A DNA stretch of 64,000 bases from Tricharina praecox (taxonomy: Eukaryota): assembly GCF_024521635.1 (NCBI RefSeq), contig NW_026250417.1, positions 1 through 64,000 on the forward strand, read 5' to 3'. Each line of letters starts with the position of its first letter. Positions within the stretch are counted from its first letter, which is position 1. Below, in pieces: positions 1-11,625 of the stretch. The notes under the pieces were generated by a model. The model had not been told where the DNA came from. It saw only the letters and a list, made by a program, of their open reading frames with translations, and did no database searches. The translations under genes were made by a program, and so were the position numbers.

Positions 1-1
1 G

Positions 2-1423
2 GAAAAAATCGCTCGAGCAGAGAACAAATTGAAGGCTGTAGAGGTAAGGACAGGGAAGGCGAAGGAAAAGGCCCCAGAGTGGGTAAACACCACCCCAAGA
101 GGAGGATCGCGGGCAGAAAGGTCAGCAACAAGGGAAACTCCGGCAGGTGCAGGAATGTCCCCTCCTCCTCCACCCCCAAGACGTCCGGTGACTAACCTTG
201 GAGGTGATCCCTCGGATGAGGAACCATCGGATGATGACGGTTCCATCCCCTTGCCGCGTCGTTCGCCGCCCCGTCACCGAAACGCCCCGCTACCAAGAGA
301 AAACGACGAAGATCAAGAGAGTCGCTTCGCTCGGATCATCGCTGCTCTCGTCTCCGCATCCAACCCGAGGGCCATCAAGCTTAAAATGAAAGAGCCCAAG
401 CCGTTCGATGGCAAGCAAAGAACAGCCTTCCGTCCATGGTGGGACTCCGTTGAAGAATATCTTGAGTTCCACCCAGAGACAAACGAGCAGCAGAAGATAG
501 CGTGGGTGGGATCCCGACTGGAAGGGACAGCGGCAGAATGGCATCAGGCCCGTCGAAAAAGCCTGAGGCAGCTACACTTGGAAGATACCTGGCAGGCGTA
601 CCAAGAGGCACTCAAGGAGGCGTACCGCGACACACAGGAAGGAGCGAACGCATTAAGAAGGATGTGGGCGCTCGAATACAAAGGAGACATTCAGGCTTAC
701 ATGACCTCCTTCCGATCGCTCAACATGATCGCTCGCGCCACCGGTGAACAACTACAAGACATAGTCAACCAGGCCATGACCACCGACATCGTCGATATGT
801 GCTTCAACCAGCACACCGAACCCTACGAAGACGATGAAGACTTCCTGGAAACGGTGCTCAGGGCTGGCAACCATGTGGAACGACGGGACGCGCTGAAGAA
901 GGCAAGGGCAATGAGGAAAGGGGGATCGGGTAGCCGAGGTTCCGGCGGCGACCGGAAGGGACCTGGCAACGGCCGGCAGGGCCAAGGAAAGGGCAGAGAC
1001 CCGGGGGGCCGCAAGGAAAGCGGGGAGTCCCCGGAGGGCCGAAAGGCCAAGGAAGCAACAGGAGTCAGGAAGGGAAGGACAAGGGAAGGGGACATCTACG
1101 CAGGAGCAAAGGAGGCTCTGGTAGGGGTTCCCCAGAAGGAGATTGATGCCCACAAAGCATCCAAGTGCGACTGTTGGCGTTGCGGACGAGACGGCCACCG
1201 AACCTTCCAATGCTACGCCAGAAAAACAGTCGCGGGTACCGAACTCCCCGAAAGTCCAAAGGTGTCATCCGTGACAAAGAGAAAGCGGGACACCCAGGAT
1301 GCCGAACACACTCGACCGAGGTCCAAGCAACACAAGGCTGCGGCGGTTGTGGTGGAGGATGAAGCAATGACGGAGGCGCCTCCATTCTGGGAAGGGAATG
1401 AGAGTGAGCCGGAGGATTTTTGA
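2..1423 (+). CDS. gag: Retrotransposon Gag (5'-partial; frame open from the window start)
   Basis: Capsid-like PKPFDG...W motif, CCHC zinc knuckle CWRCGRDGHRTFQC, ends at TGA 1421-1423. Confidence 0.93.
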   Translation, partial: EKIARAENKLKAVEVRTGKAKEKAPEWVNTTPRGGSRAERSATRETPAGAGMSPPPPPPRRPVTNLGGDPSDEEPSDDDGSIPLPRRSPPRHRNAPLPRENDEDQESRFARIIAALVSASNPRAIKLKMKEPKPFDGKQRTAFRPWWDSVEEYLEFHPETNEQQKIAWVGSRLEGTAAEWHQARRKSLRQLHLEDTWQAYQEALKEAYRDTQEGANALRRMWALEYKGDIQAYMTSFRSLNMIARATGEQLQDIVNQAMTTDIVDMCFNQHTEPYEDDEDFLETVLRAGNHVERRDALKKARAMRKGGSGSRGSGGDRKGPGNGRQGQGKGRDPGGRKESGESPEGRKAKEATGVRKGRTREGDIYAGAKEALVGVPQKEIDAHKASKCDCWRCGRDGHRTFQCYARKTVAGTELPESPKVSSVTKRKRDTQDAEHTRPRSKQHKAAAVVVEDEAMTEAPPFWEGNESEPEDF

Positions 1424-4400
1424 GCGGCCCCAGCACTCCGCAGACTGGACGGCCAGGTGTATATGTTTGCGGAACGAAGAGACCACGGCCTCAGGATATC
1501 GACAGCGAATCCAGAGATAAGCGAAGACGGACGGACCGACCTATTTCTACGAATCCAACCGCGCCGAGCGCCTCAGGGTGTGAGCCCCCAAAACCTGTCA
1601 GCGGACCACGACCAATCATAGAAATGATGCTCCTCTGGTCTGAGCACAAGCCACGACGGATCCGAGTACTCCTCGACACAGGATGTGCCATTCCGATCAT
1701 CAAACGAAGCCTTGCACAAGAACTTGGGTTGCCCCTCATTCAACGACCTAAGCCGGTGGAAATCAAGGACTTCCACGGAACCATAGTGGAAGGAGCCGGG
1801 GAATATTATACAATGCCGATGCTCCTCCAACACCGGAGGCACTACACCAACGAAACCTTCGAAGTGGCTCCCTTGGACGACTGCGATGCCTACCTCCCGT
1901 ATTGGTGGATGGCTAAGCATGAACCGACAGGGTTGTGGGAGAATGAAGCACAGAAAATTCGCTTCACCAGCACCCGATGCAAGGAACAATGCACCTTGCA
2001 ACAAGCAACCAGCTTTCCGATGGAACTTGACACGTCTGTCGTTCACAATTCGGAGGCTCGCATTATTGGATACGTCTCAGCTGGCCCGGAATCAGATCCA
2101 CCCATGAATCTGCTTCCGGAGAAGTTCAGACGATATGCCAACATCATGAGCAAGGAAGCAGCCGATAAGCTTCCCGACCACAAGTCCTACGAACACGCAA
2201 TCGATCTCAAGGAAGGAGAGACTCCTGCATGGGGTCCTATCTATGCGCTGTCAGAGAAAGAACTTGAGGCCCTCAGGGAGTGGCTCAAGGAGATGCTCCA
2301 GACAGGCAAGATTCGAAGATCCAAATCACCAGCCGGGGCGCCGATATTATTTGTACCAAAGGCGCACGGCAGGGGTCTCCGATTGTGTGTCGACTATCGC
2401 GGTATCAACAAGATTACCATAGCCAATCGCTACCCACTCCCGATCATGGCAGAGTTGCAAGACCGAGTCAGGGGTGCGAAAGTCTTCACCAAGATTGATC
2501 TGAAGAATGGCTATCACCTTATCCGCATCAAGGAAGGAGACGAGTGGAAGACGGCTTTCCGCTGTCGATACGGACTATTTGAGTTTTTGGTCATGCCGTT
2601 TGGGCTGACCAACGCTCCAGCGACGTTTCAGGACATGATTAACCACATATTTCGGGATATGTTGGACCTGGTACTGGTCGCGTACATCGATGACCTCCTC
2701 ATCTATGCTAAGACGCACGAGGAGCATGACAAGATAGTCATCGAGGTACTAAAGAGGTTGGAAGAAAATAAGTTGGCAATCTCACCAGAGAAGTGTGTCT
2801 GGTCGACAGGGAGAGTCAAGTTCGTAGGATACGTGATATCCCAAGATGGAATTGAGATGGCTAAGGACAAGGTGGAATCTGTGCTCTCGTGGGAGGCGCC
2901 GCGGTCCCTGAAGGAAGTACAAGCCTTTCTTGGGTTCGCCAATTTTTACAGGCGCTTCATCAAGGATTTCTCAAAGATCACGAGACCCTTGACCGAGAGC
3001 ACAAAAGAAAAAGGGAAGGATTGGAGAAGGACAGCGGAGATGGAACTGGCCTTCGAGGAGGTGAAGTCTAGGTTCACCACGGCACCGATTCTCGGGCACT
3101 TCAACCCAGAATTAGCTGTCGTGGTGGAATCCGACGCTTCGGACTTCGCTTTGGGCGCGGTCCTGTCTCAAAGGACAGAGGATGGGAAGTTACACCCAGT
3201 TGCGTTCCACTCAAGAAAGTTTACCCCAGCCGAAATCAACTTTGAGATTCACGATAAGGAACTACTCGTGATAGTAGACTCTTTCAAACGCTGGCGGCAA
3301 TACCTTGAGGGAGCAAAACACCAGATCCAGGTGTACAGCGACCACCAGAACCTTGAGTACTTCACAACCACGAAAGTACTCAATCGACGGCAGGCGAGAT
3401 GGGCACAAGAACTCGCTGGCATCGACTTCAAAATCTACTACCGGCCCGGCAGCCAGAACGGCAAGCCTGACGCATTATCCAGGCGCCCGGAGTACCGCCC
3501 TGAAAAAGGGGGGGGTGAAGATCAGCCGATTACGACGATCCTGCATAAATCACACTTTGCAGGCGACGATTCGAGAGTTTCATCAATCAGCACCGGAGGC
3601 GAAAGCACCGTGTTCCTGGTTTCGTCAACTCGGCTACAATTAATCCCCGTGCCAAAGTGGAATGACGAATTTCTGGGTTGGGTCAGGAAGGCAGGAAAGG
3701 AAGATGCTGGGTATCAGGAGGCTCTGAGCAGCATCAAGGACACGAACGAGGACGCGGCTCAGAAGGACACTGAGTCGGAGGGCCGAAAGGCCTGGGAACT
3801 GGCCGCCGAGAGTAGGGACTCCGGCAGGATGGGCCGAAAGGCCAGGATTTTGAGGATGGAAGAGGGGTGCCTGTATAGGAAAGAAAGGCTATGGGTACCA
3901 GACGATAAGGAACTCGTAAGACACATCCACGAGTCGGAACACAATACGAAAGTCGCGGGGCATATGGGCCAGGACAAAACTATCGAACTTATCCGACGCA
4001 ATTTCTGGTGGCCAAAGATGGACGAGCAGATTATAGACTTCGTCCGGAGTTGCGCGCAGTGTCAGAAGGACAAAGCAACAAGGCACCAGCCGTATGGACT
4101 ACTCAATCCCCTCGAGTTACCATACACCCCATGGCAATCAATAGCCATGGAGTTCATTACCGACCTACCGGAATCCAACGGATGCGACCAGCTATGGGTG
4201 GTCGTCGACCGCTTCACCAAGATGGCGCATTTCATCCCCCTATCTAAGGATGGAAAGATAGCCGAGGATCTCGCGAAGATTTTTGCCCGCGAGATATGGC
4301 GCTTTCACGGATTACCAGCAGACATAGTGTCGGACCGAGACTCACGGTTTACCTCTGGTACATGGAAAGAATTCATCCGGCTGCTAGGCATTAAGCCCCG

Positions 4401-5229
4401 GATGTCAACAGCGTTCCACCCACAGGCGGATGGACAAACCGAACGCCTCAACCAGACGATCGAAGCATACCTCCGCTCCTTCGTCAACTACGAGCACAAC
4501 GGTTGGGTGAATCTCCTACCGATGGCTGAGTTTGCCTACAACAACTCGGTTACATCGGCAACCGGAATGTCGCCCTTCTATGCGAATTTCGGATACCACC
4601 CGTCGGCGACAAACCCTGCTGCGGCTAATTCTCTCAACCCTGCCAGCAAGGTCTACGCTCACTGGATGCATACAGTCCACGAGGAAAACATCAAGACCCT
4701 CGAACGAACGCGCGAACGAATGCGCAAGTATGCAGATCAACATCGTCAGGAGGCACCGGCTTATCAAGTAGGAGACTTGGTAATGCTCAATGGGCGGAAC
4801 ATTCAAACCCGCCGACCCTCGCGGAAGTTGGACCACAAGAACCATGGTCCCTTGCAAATCGAGAAGATCGTATCGCCGCTCGCTGTCAAGCTCACTCTGC
4901 CAAGGAAGTGGAAGATTCATAATGTCTTTCACGTCTCGCTCGTTGAACCGTTCCGAGCCGGCACCCGAGCACCACCGGATCCCTCTCAAATCTTACGAGA
5001 GGCCGATGATGTGGAAGGCAACGAAGAATACGACGTCGATGAGGTTATGGGCAGCTCGAAGAAAGGTCGACGAGTGCTCTACCTCGTCAAATGGCTCAAC
5101 TACCGCGAACGACGGGACTGGACGAACGAGCCATTCGACAACTTCTCAGTAGGCGGTCGGGAAAAGCTACGCGAGTTTCATCGCAAAAATCCCGATGCGC
5201 CGAGGGACTACCGGCTCACAGATGAGTAA
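1420..5229 (+). CDS. pol: Retrotransposon Pol (protease, RT, RNase H, integrase, chromodomain), in the -1 frame relative to gag
   Basis: LLDTGC protease, YIDD RT, ESDASD RNase H, H..H..C..C zinc finger, SDRD/QTER integrase core, EYDVDEV...YLVKW chromodomain. Confidence 0.97.
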   Translation: MSGPSTPQTGRPGVYVCGTKRPRPQDIDSESRDKRRRTDRPISTNPTAPSASGCEPPKPVSGPRPIIEMMLLWSEHKPRRIRVLLDTGCAIPIIKRSLAQELGLPLIQRPKPVEIKDFHGTIVEGAGEYYTMPMLLQHRRHYTNETFEVAPLDDCDAYLPYWWMAKHEPTGLWENEAQKIRFTSTRCKEQCTLQQATSFPMELDTSVVHNSEARIIGYVSAGPESDPPMNLLPEKFRRYANIMSKEAADKLPDHKSYEHAIDLKEGETPAWGPIYALSEKELEALREWLKEMLQTGKIRRSKSPAGAPILFVPKAHGRGLRLCVDYRGINKITIANRYPLPIMAELQDRVRGAKVFTKIDLKNGYHLIRIKEGDEWKTAFRCRYGLFEFLVMPFGLTNAPATFQDMINHIFRDMLDLVLVAYIDDLLIYAKTHEEHDKIVIEVLKRLEENKLAISPEKCVWSTGRVKFVGYVISQDGIEMAKDKVESVLSWEAPRSLKEVQAFLGFANFYRRFIKDFSKITRPLTESTKEKGKDWRRTAEMELAFEEVKSRFTTAPILGHFNPELAVVVESDASDFALGAVLSQRTEDGKLHPVAFHSRKFTPAEINFEIHDKELLVIVDSFKRWRQYLEGAKHQIQVYSDHQNLEYFTTTKVLNRRQARWAQELAGIDFKIYYRPGSQNGKPDALSRRPEYRPEKGGGEDQPITTILHKSHFAGDDSRVSSISTGGESTVFLVSSTRLQLIPVPKWNDEFLGWVRKAGKEDAGYQEALSSIKDTNEDAAQKDTESEGRKAWELAAESRDSGRMGRKARILRMEEGCLYRKERLWVPDDKELVRHIHESEHNTKVAGHMGQDKTIELIRRNFWWPKMDEQIIDFVRSCAQCQKDKATRHQPYGLLNPLELPYTPWQSIAMEFITDLPESNGCDQLWVVVDRFTKMAHFIPLSKDGKIAEDLAKIFAREIWRFHGLPADIVSDRDSRFTSGTWKEFIRLLGIKPRMSTAFHPQADGQTERLNQTIEAYLRSFVNYEHNGWVNLLPMAEFAYNNSVTSATGMSPFYANFGYHPSATNPAAANSLNPASKVYAHWMHTVHEENIKTLERTRERMRKYADQHRQEAPAYQVGDLVMLNGRNIQTRRPSRKLDHKNHGPLQIEKIVSPLAVKLTLPRKWKIHNVFHVSLVEPFRAGTRAPPDPSQILREADDVEGNEEYDVDEVMGSSKKGRRVLYLVKWLNYRERRDWTNEPFDNFSVGGREKLREFHRKNPDAPRDYRLTDE

Positions 5230-5357
5230 GAGTTTTTGCCCATGTGGTTTTTCTCGAACTCGGGCAGGTAGTAGGATGAAGGGGTTGGAGGACTTCATCC
5301 ACAGTTATCAAGTTAGGATAAAGGCGAGGACTTGGGTGCTTCGGGCCGAAGCCTCGT

Positions 5358-5371
5358 GGGAGGGGAGATGG
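5358..5371 (+). promoter_or_regulatory. Polypurine tract of element A
   Basis: GGGAGGGGAGATGG immediately 5' of the LTR TG; the same tract precedes the LTR at 12613. Confidence 0.85.
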
Positions 5372-6060
5372 TGTGACACCCCGATAGGTATCGGGTGTCA
5401 CGACGGTCGCAAGAGATGTGATTAGATAGTTCGGGTGATTAGGATAGAGTTGCGAGCCGAAAGGATAGTTAGAAGCGATCAAGGACAAGATAGGAAGGAG
5501 GGAGCAAACGGATTCCAGAGTCTAGACAGTGATCGGAGATGCGGGAGATTGGGATAACAGTCCAGAGGACTTTGAGATCTCCGATCATAGGGCCCCGCAG
5601 TAGGAACTCCGATCCAGGAAAAAACTGTTATGACGAGAGAATCGAACATCGACCGATGGGGGCAGACAACTTCGAGCGAAGAACTCTGCCGGCGCGTGAG
5701 GGAGATAATTGCTCGGAAACTCCGATCTATCTTGGGCGCGTGGTGTTTACCACCTGCCTAGTCGAGAAGACTATCCGAAGAGAGCTGACGACGACTCAAG
5801 GCTAGGCCGCGGAACTCCGATGCAAAGGAAGCAACGGAGCTACGTTAGGCCGCACTCTAGAGGAATCACGTGCTGAGGATCGGGACGACTATAAGTCGAA
5901 CCGAGCGGGCAACCGAACAAACTACAATCATCGCACCGAACAAACCATCGAACAAACACCCTTAAGATTATTCCGTTGTGAATTGTCGAAATCCCTGACT
6001 TTTATTCTATCCTCGATATCACCATAGACTCCGACGGCACCAACCCGTCCCAGTCTCACA
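5372..6060 (+). repeat. 3' LTR of element A (689 bp, LTR type A)
   Basis: TGTGACA...TCTCACA ends; highly similar copies at 8540-9229, 11626-12032 and 12613-13868. Confidence 0.95.
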
Positions 6061-6769
6061 TCAGGGTCCGGCTTCCTATCAACGGAAGTTCGGGAAGAAT
6101 AGGTAGATAGATCGGGGAGCAGGAGGAAACCTTTAGATTAGTCGTAGCTACTCAGAGACGAGATAGGAAGGAAGGAAGCAAACGCGACCAGAGTCTAGGT
6201 GGGATCAGAGGCGCAGCGATACGCACGAAAAGTCCGATACAGTCATGCTTGACTTGAGGCAGGCGAATCGCGAAACAAGCGCAGAGAAAACTCTGATCGG
6301 AGACAAACCACTATGACGAGTGTTGCCCCTCTTCTCGCGTCTTGAGCAAATAAGAGCCGTGCCGAAAGGCGCAGCCGTTGCCCAGCGAAGAGATAGCTGA
6401 AACCGGACTATGCTCGGGTAAGGATTGGTGCGCCATACCTGCCTAGTTTGTATAAACTATCCTTCAGGTTTACGAAGACTCTGATGACATGGCGGAGAAA
6501 GTCTCCGCACGAAGTGCAGAGATTTCACGCCAGGGGTTCCATCCGGCAACAAGCTACGGCAACGGCTGGCACGTGACTCGACGAAATCAACCAACTATAT
6601 AGACTTCCGACGACACGGCGAAATATTCATCATTAGAATCAGCAACCAGAAAACCATCGACACTACCCCTTAAGATTATTGCGTTTGTGAAAGAAAGAAT
6701 ACTATCTATTTTCATTCTTATCCTATTCTATCAATCGACTCCGACGACCGAAATCGTTCCAGTCTCACA
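6061..6769 (+). mobile_element. Divergent LTR type B lacking its first bases (interrupted by element A), itself inserted in the protease region of element C
   Basis: Ends GACTCCGAC...CCAGTCTCACA and shares AAACCATCGA..CCCTTAAGATTATT and a TATA-like block with LTR A; no TG start; followed directly by HALIDCGAT-coding sequence. Confidence 0.8.
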
Positions 6770-9700
6770 CATGCGCTAATCGATTGTGGAGCAACCGGAG
6801 TCGCCTTTGTAGACAAACACTTCGCCCGCCATCACAACCTACCCCTCGTACCCCTTGAATCCCCGCGCGCCCTTGAGGTCATCGACGGCCTCCCCATCGA
6901 GTCTGGCGACATCACACACCTTGCCACCACCATCCTGTCAATCCAAGAGCACCACGAAGAACTCCCGATGTTCGTCACTAAACTGGGGCACTACCCAATC
7001 GTACTCGGAAATCCCTAGATGCACCTACACGGCGTGGCCATCCAATTCAGCTTCCGCACACTCACCTTTGGTTCCCAATATTGCACTGCACACTGCAATA
7101 CGGTATCCACAGTAGCCCACGGTATCACCACGGACCCATTGGAACTACCCTACGCTCTCGCACCAAACGTAGCTCTGGAGGAGCCAGCGGTAAGCGCCGG
7201 GGCCGGCGACATCGTGGCCCGATGCGTTACGTCTCCCCAGATCAAAGAATACCAGCAGGATGCTAACCAGAGAAAACTCACAGTCAGAATCTCAGCCCTC
7301 CGAATAAAGCCTTTTCAGCAGATGGCAGAAAAGGAGAACCTCACCATCTTCGCCACGACCCTGACGGAGATCAATAAAGTTCTATCTGAAGAGAAACAGA
7401 GCTCAACCGCCCACATTCCCCCCGAATACCACGAATTTCTCCACCTCTTCTCTGAAAGGTTGGCGCAATACCTACCACCCCATCGGCAATACGACCACAA
7501 GATCCCACTAAAGGAAGGATTTGTGCCCCCTTACGGACCCCTCTATTCGCTCTCGAAAACCGAAGCTGGTCGCACTCAAGGAATGGCTTGACGATAATCT
7601 GAGCAAGGGATTTATCCGTGTGTCCTCATCACCAGCGGCATCACCGATCCTGTTTGTCAAAAAATCGGACGGCTCCTTGCGACTGTGTGTGGACTATCGA
7701 GGCCTGAACGAAGGAACCATCAACAACCGCTACCCACTTCCCCTGCTCCAGGAAACCTTGATGCGACTGTCCGGTGCAAAGTATTTTACAACACTGGATA
7801 TCCGCGGTGCTTACCACCTGGTACAAATGGCAGAAGGGGAGGAATGGAAAACGGCCTTCCGGACCCGCTACGGACTTTTCGAATCATCGGTAATGCCTTT
7901 CGGGCTAACCAATGCGCCAGCCGACTTCCAAGCCCTGATCAACGACGTTTCACGACCGTTCCTGGACGGCTTCTGTACCGCCTTCCTAGATGACGTCTTT
8001 ATCTACAGCGCGTCACTGGAAGAACACCGAAAACAGGTTACCAAAGTGCTACGCGCCCTTTCATCGGCCGGACTGCACTTGAAACCGGAGAAATGCCACT
8101 TCCACCAAACAGAGGTCAAATACTTGGGCCTGATCATAACCACAGAGAGTATTAAGATGGATCCTGCCAACGTCTCTAGCGTACTCGAATGGGAAAAACC
8201 GACGACGGTAACGGATGTGCAGTGTTTCTTGGGCTTCGCGAACTTCTACCGACACTTTATCCAGGACTACTCTAAGGTGGTATCTCCCCTGACGGCAATG
8301 ACAAAAAAGGAAAATGGGAAGTACGTCCCCTTCGAATGGGGTATTGATCAACAGCAAGCCTTCGACACTCTCAAGACTGCCTTCTCTACCGCCCCGATCC
8401 TCCAACATTTCGACTACGACCGAGAAACAGTGGTGGAAACTGATGACTCGGATTACGTGTCGGCCGGTATTCTCTCCCAGTACGACGACGATGGAATCTT
8501 GCATCCAGTTGCCTTCTATTCAAAGAAACACTCCCCGGCTGTGACACCCCGATAGGTATCGGAGGACACGACGGTGGCAAGCGGTGTGATTAGATAGTCC
8601 GGGTGATTAGAATAGAGTTGCGAGCCGGATGGATAGTTAGAAGCGATCGAGGACAAGATAGGAAGGAGGGAGCAAACGGATTCCAGAGTCTAGACAGTGA
8701 TCGGAGATGCGGGAGATCGGGATAACAGTCCAGAGGACTTTGAGATCTCTGTTCATTGAACCCCGCAGTAGGAACTCCGATCCAGGAAAAAACTGTTACG
8801 ACGAGAGAATCGAACTTCGACCGATGGGGGCAGACAACTTCGAGCGAAGAACTCTGCCGGCGCATGAGGGAGATAATTGCTCGGAAACTCCGATCTATCT
8901 TGGGCGCGTGGTGTTTACCACCTGCCTAGTTGAGCAGACTATCCGAAGAGAGCTGACGACGACTCAAGGCTAGGCCGCGGAACTCCGATGCAAAGGAAGC
9001 AACGGAGCTACGTTAGGCTGCACTCTAGAGGAATCACGTGCTGAGGATCGGAACGACTATAACTCGAACCGAGCGGGCAACCGAACCAAACCACAATCAT
9101 CGCACCCAACAAACCATCGAAGAAACACCCTTAAGATTAATCCGTTGTGAATTATCGAAATCCCTGACTTTTATTCCACACCCAATATTACCATAGACTC
9201 CGACAACACAAACTCGTTCCAGTCTCACACCGGCGGAATGCAGTTACGAAATCTATGACAAAGAATTGTTGGCAATTGTTCAGGCCTTTGAAGAATGGAG
9301 ACTACACCTTGAAGGAGCCGCGCACCCGGTCCAAGTCCTGAGCGACCACAAGAACCTGGAACACTTCATGTCAACCAGGTTGCTCAACCGCCGGCAAGCA
9401 CAATGGTCGGAATTCCTGTCCCGTTTCGACTTCAAAATCGTGTATCGACCTGGTAAAGCAGGAGGGAAACCGGATGCATTGACAAGGAGGTCAGGAGACT
9501 TCCCTAAGGAGGGGGATGAAAGACTGCTGGCGAACCAACAAGCAGTCCTCAAGCCCCAAAACCTTCCTGAAGAATTGAGATTGTCAGCTACTAACCCGTT
9601 TGAAGTACCCCGTCCCGCACTCTCTACCATGATAACCGAAGCATACCAGGTAGACCCAGCGCCGAACAAGATCCTCCAACCACTCAGAAACGGAACACAC

Positions 9701-11218
9701 CACTCGAAGGACATCTCGCTCGCCGACTGCAGCGAAGTCAACGGACAATTACATTACCGCGATTGCTTCTATGTTCCTGAACACGGCCCACTCAGACTTC
9801 GCCTGATCCAGGACCACCACGGCCCACCGGCTATGGGCCATCCCGGAAGAGCAAAAACCTTGGAACTGCTGGCCCGGAACTACTACTGGCCCCAGATGCG
9901 GAAGGACGTTGACCGATCCGTGAAGAACTGCCACACTTGCAGACGAACCAAGGCAACAAGACACGCCCCCTGCGGTGTGCTCCGCCCACTGCCAGTACCC
10001 GAGAAACCCTGGCAACATATCTCTGTCAACTTCGTAACCGGACTCCCTCCCTCAAAAGGATTCGATGCCATTTGCGTATTTGTGGACCGCCTCACCAAGC
10101 AACGACACCTGCTCCCCTGCAACACAACCATCACCTCTGAGGGACTCGCCGAACTATTCTGCGATCGGATCTTCAGATACCACGGACTACCCGGCACCAT
10201 CGTATCGGACCGGGGCCCCCAGGTTGCATCACGATTTTGCAAACATCTATGCTCTTGCCACAAGATCGACGCACGGCTCTCCACGGCGTTTTACCCGCAG
10301 ACAGACGGTCCAACAGAGAGAATGAATGCGGTAATGGAACAACACCTCCGAGCATACGTCAGCTACCTGCAGGATGACTGGGTCGACTACCTATTCTTGG
10401 CAGAGTTTGCTGGCAACAACCAGGCATCCGACACCACCACCCTCTCCCCGTTTTTTGCTAACCTAGGCTACCACCCCCGTTGCGACTTCGAGCTTGACAT
10501 CCGAACCGACACGAACGAACAGCAACAGGCACAGACAATGGCAGAGCGACTCCAGCAGATTCATGACGTTGCCCGCAGTGACATGCGATACGCCCAAGCG
10601 CGGCAGCAGGACAACACGGACCAGCACGGAAACCCCGCAGCGGCCTTCCAGCCTGGGGATATGGTATGGGTGGACGGCCGAAACTGGCGGACGGAGCGAC
10701 CAAGCCGAAAACTGGAAAACAAACACCAGAGACCCTATCGGATTACCCGAGCCATCGGAACTCACGCATACGAACTGGACATCCCGAACACCATCCAAAA
10801 GCATCGCACCTTCCCAGTGTCCCTCCTCCACGCATCCGTCAACGACCCCGTCCCCGGCCAGATCCTGCCGCCACCGTTACCGGTAATTGTGAACGACCAA
10901 GAAGAATGGGGGGTGGAGGAAGTGCTGGACAGCAGAACGCTGAGGGGAAGACTCCAGTACCCAGTCAAGTGGAGGGGTTTCACGGCATCGACGTGGGAAC
11001 CTGAGGAGGACCTTGTGGACGTACAGGCAGTGGACGACTTCCACCAACGGTACCCAATGAAGCCTGGACCAGTTCAACTTGCTCTCGTGGGAACTCGAGC
11101 CTTAGGAGGCGCTACTGTCACGGCTGGCGACGGCACGTTCGAGGAAGAGTCGGAACAGGGGCCGGAAGGCAGCGCGGGGGCAGTGCAAGGGGCTGCGCGG
11201 GCGGCAATGCAGGAATGA
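6770..11218 (+). pseudogene. pol: Degenerate pol of element C
   Basis: Frameshifts near 6865 and 7565, TAG at 7016-7018, RNase H split by a solo LTR. Removing 8540-9234 restores [21 protein letters not shown]. Confidence 0.92.
8540..9229 (+). mobile_element. Solo LTR type A with 5-bp TSD CCGGC
   Basis: CCGGC at 8535-8539 and 9230-9234 flank a complete TGTGA...TCACA LTR. Confidence 0.96.
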
Positions 11219-11625
11219 GTCGCAGGAATTGGGGCTGTGTGCAGGAAGCAGGGGTAGTGCGGCTGCGCACGGTATGAGTCACGGAAGCGGGGTACTGGCA
11301 AGGTGGATTTCTCAGGGTCTGGCACACGCCCACGGTTATTGTCAGGTTGCGGGAAGAAGTGGAGGATTTGCTATATAAACGGGCCGTTGCCCCTCTGTAC
11401 TTAGTTCTTCACGCAACAACTTGTTAATTCAATCACTGTTACCTCTGTCCTTGCCTCGGCTGCCGTCTGCGCCGTAGTCCTTGTCCCTGCCTCTGTTCTC
11501 AGTTGCCGTCTGCACTGAGCCCTGCCTCACCTTATGCCCTGAACCCGTCTTGCCTCTACCGAACCCAGAACCCAATCCCCAGCCCGACTTCGCTACCTGG
11601 AGCCTTGCCCAACCGTGCCGTTACA
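11116..11625 (+). repeat. 3' LTR of element C (510 bp, LTR type C)
   Basis: TGTCACGG...CCGTTACA inverted ends, TATATAAA at 11372-11379, homologous to 12784-13342. Confidence 0.92.

Larger units (their letters stand above)
1..6060 (+). mobile_element. Ty3/Gypsy chromovirus LTR retrotransposon 'A' (5' end outside window), innermost member of the nest
   Basis: gag-pol ORFs in PR-RT-RH-IN-chromodomain order, polypurine tract at 5358-5371, 3' LTR TGTGA...TCACA at 5372-6060. Confidence 0.97.
6770..11625 (+). mobile_element. Second Ty3/Gypsy chromovirus 'C' (3' part: pol plus 3' LTR)
   Basis: Protease ALIDCGATG from 6770, RT, RNase H, integrase, chromodomain (EEWGVEEVLDSR..VKW), LTR at 11116-11625. 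Confidence 0.93.

Noticed and set aside
5373..5401. Near-perfect hairpin at the 5' end of LTR A
   Set aside because: Outer stem is not preserved in the copies at 8540 and 12613
5539..5805. 88-aa ORF repeated at 8707-8973 and partly at 11615-11953
   Set aside because: Lies inside LTR A, so its recurrence just reflects LTR copies; disrupted in the older copy; no motif
6481..6515. CTGATGA followed by a GCGGAGA/TCTCCGC stem in LTR B (CTGACGA at the equivalent LTR A site) suggesting a hammerhead ribozyme
   Set aside because: No GAAA directly after the stem and I could not build stems I and III; an Infernal hammerhead search would settle it
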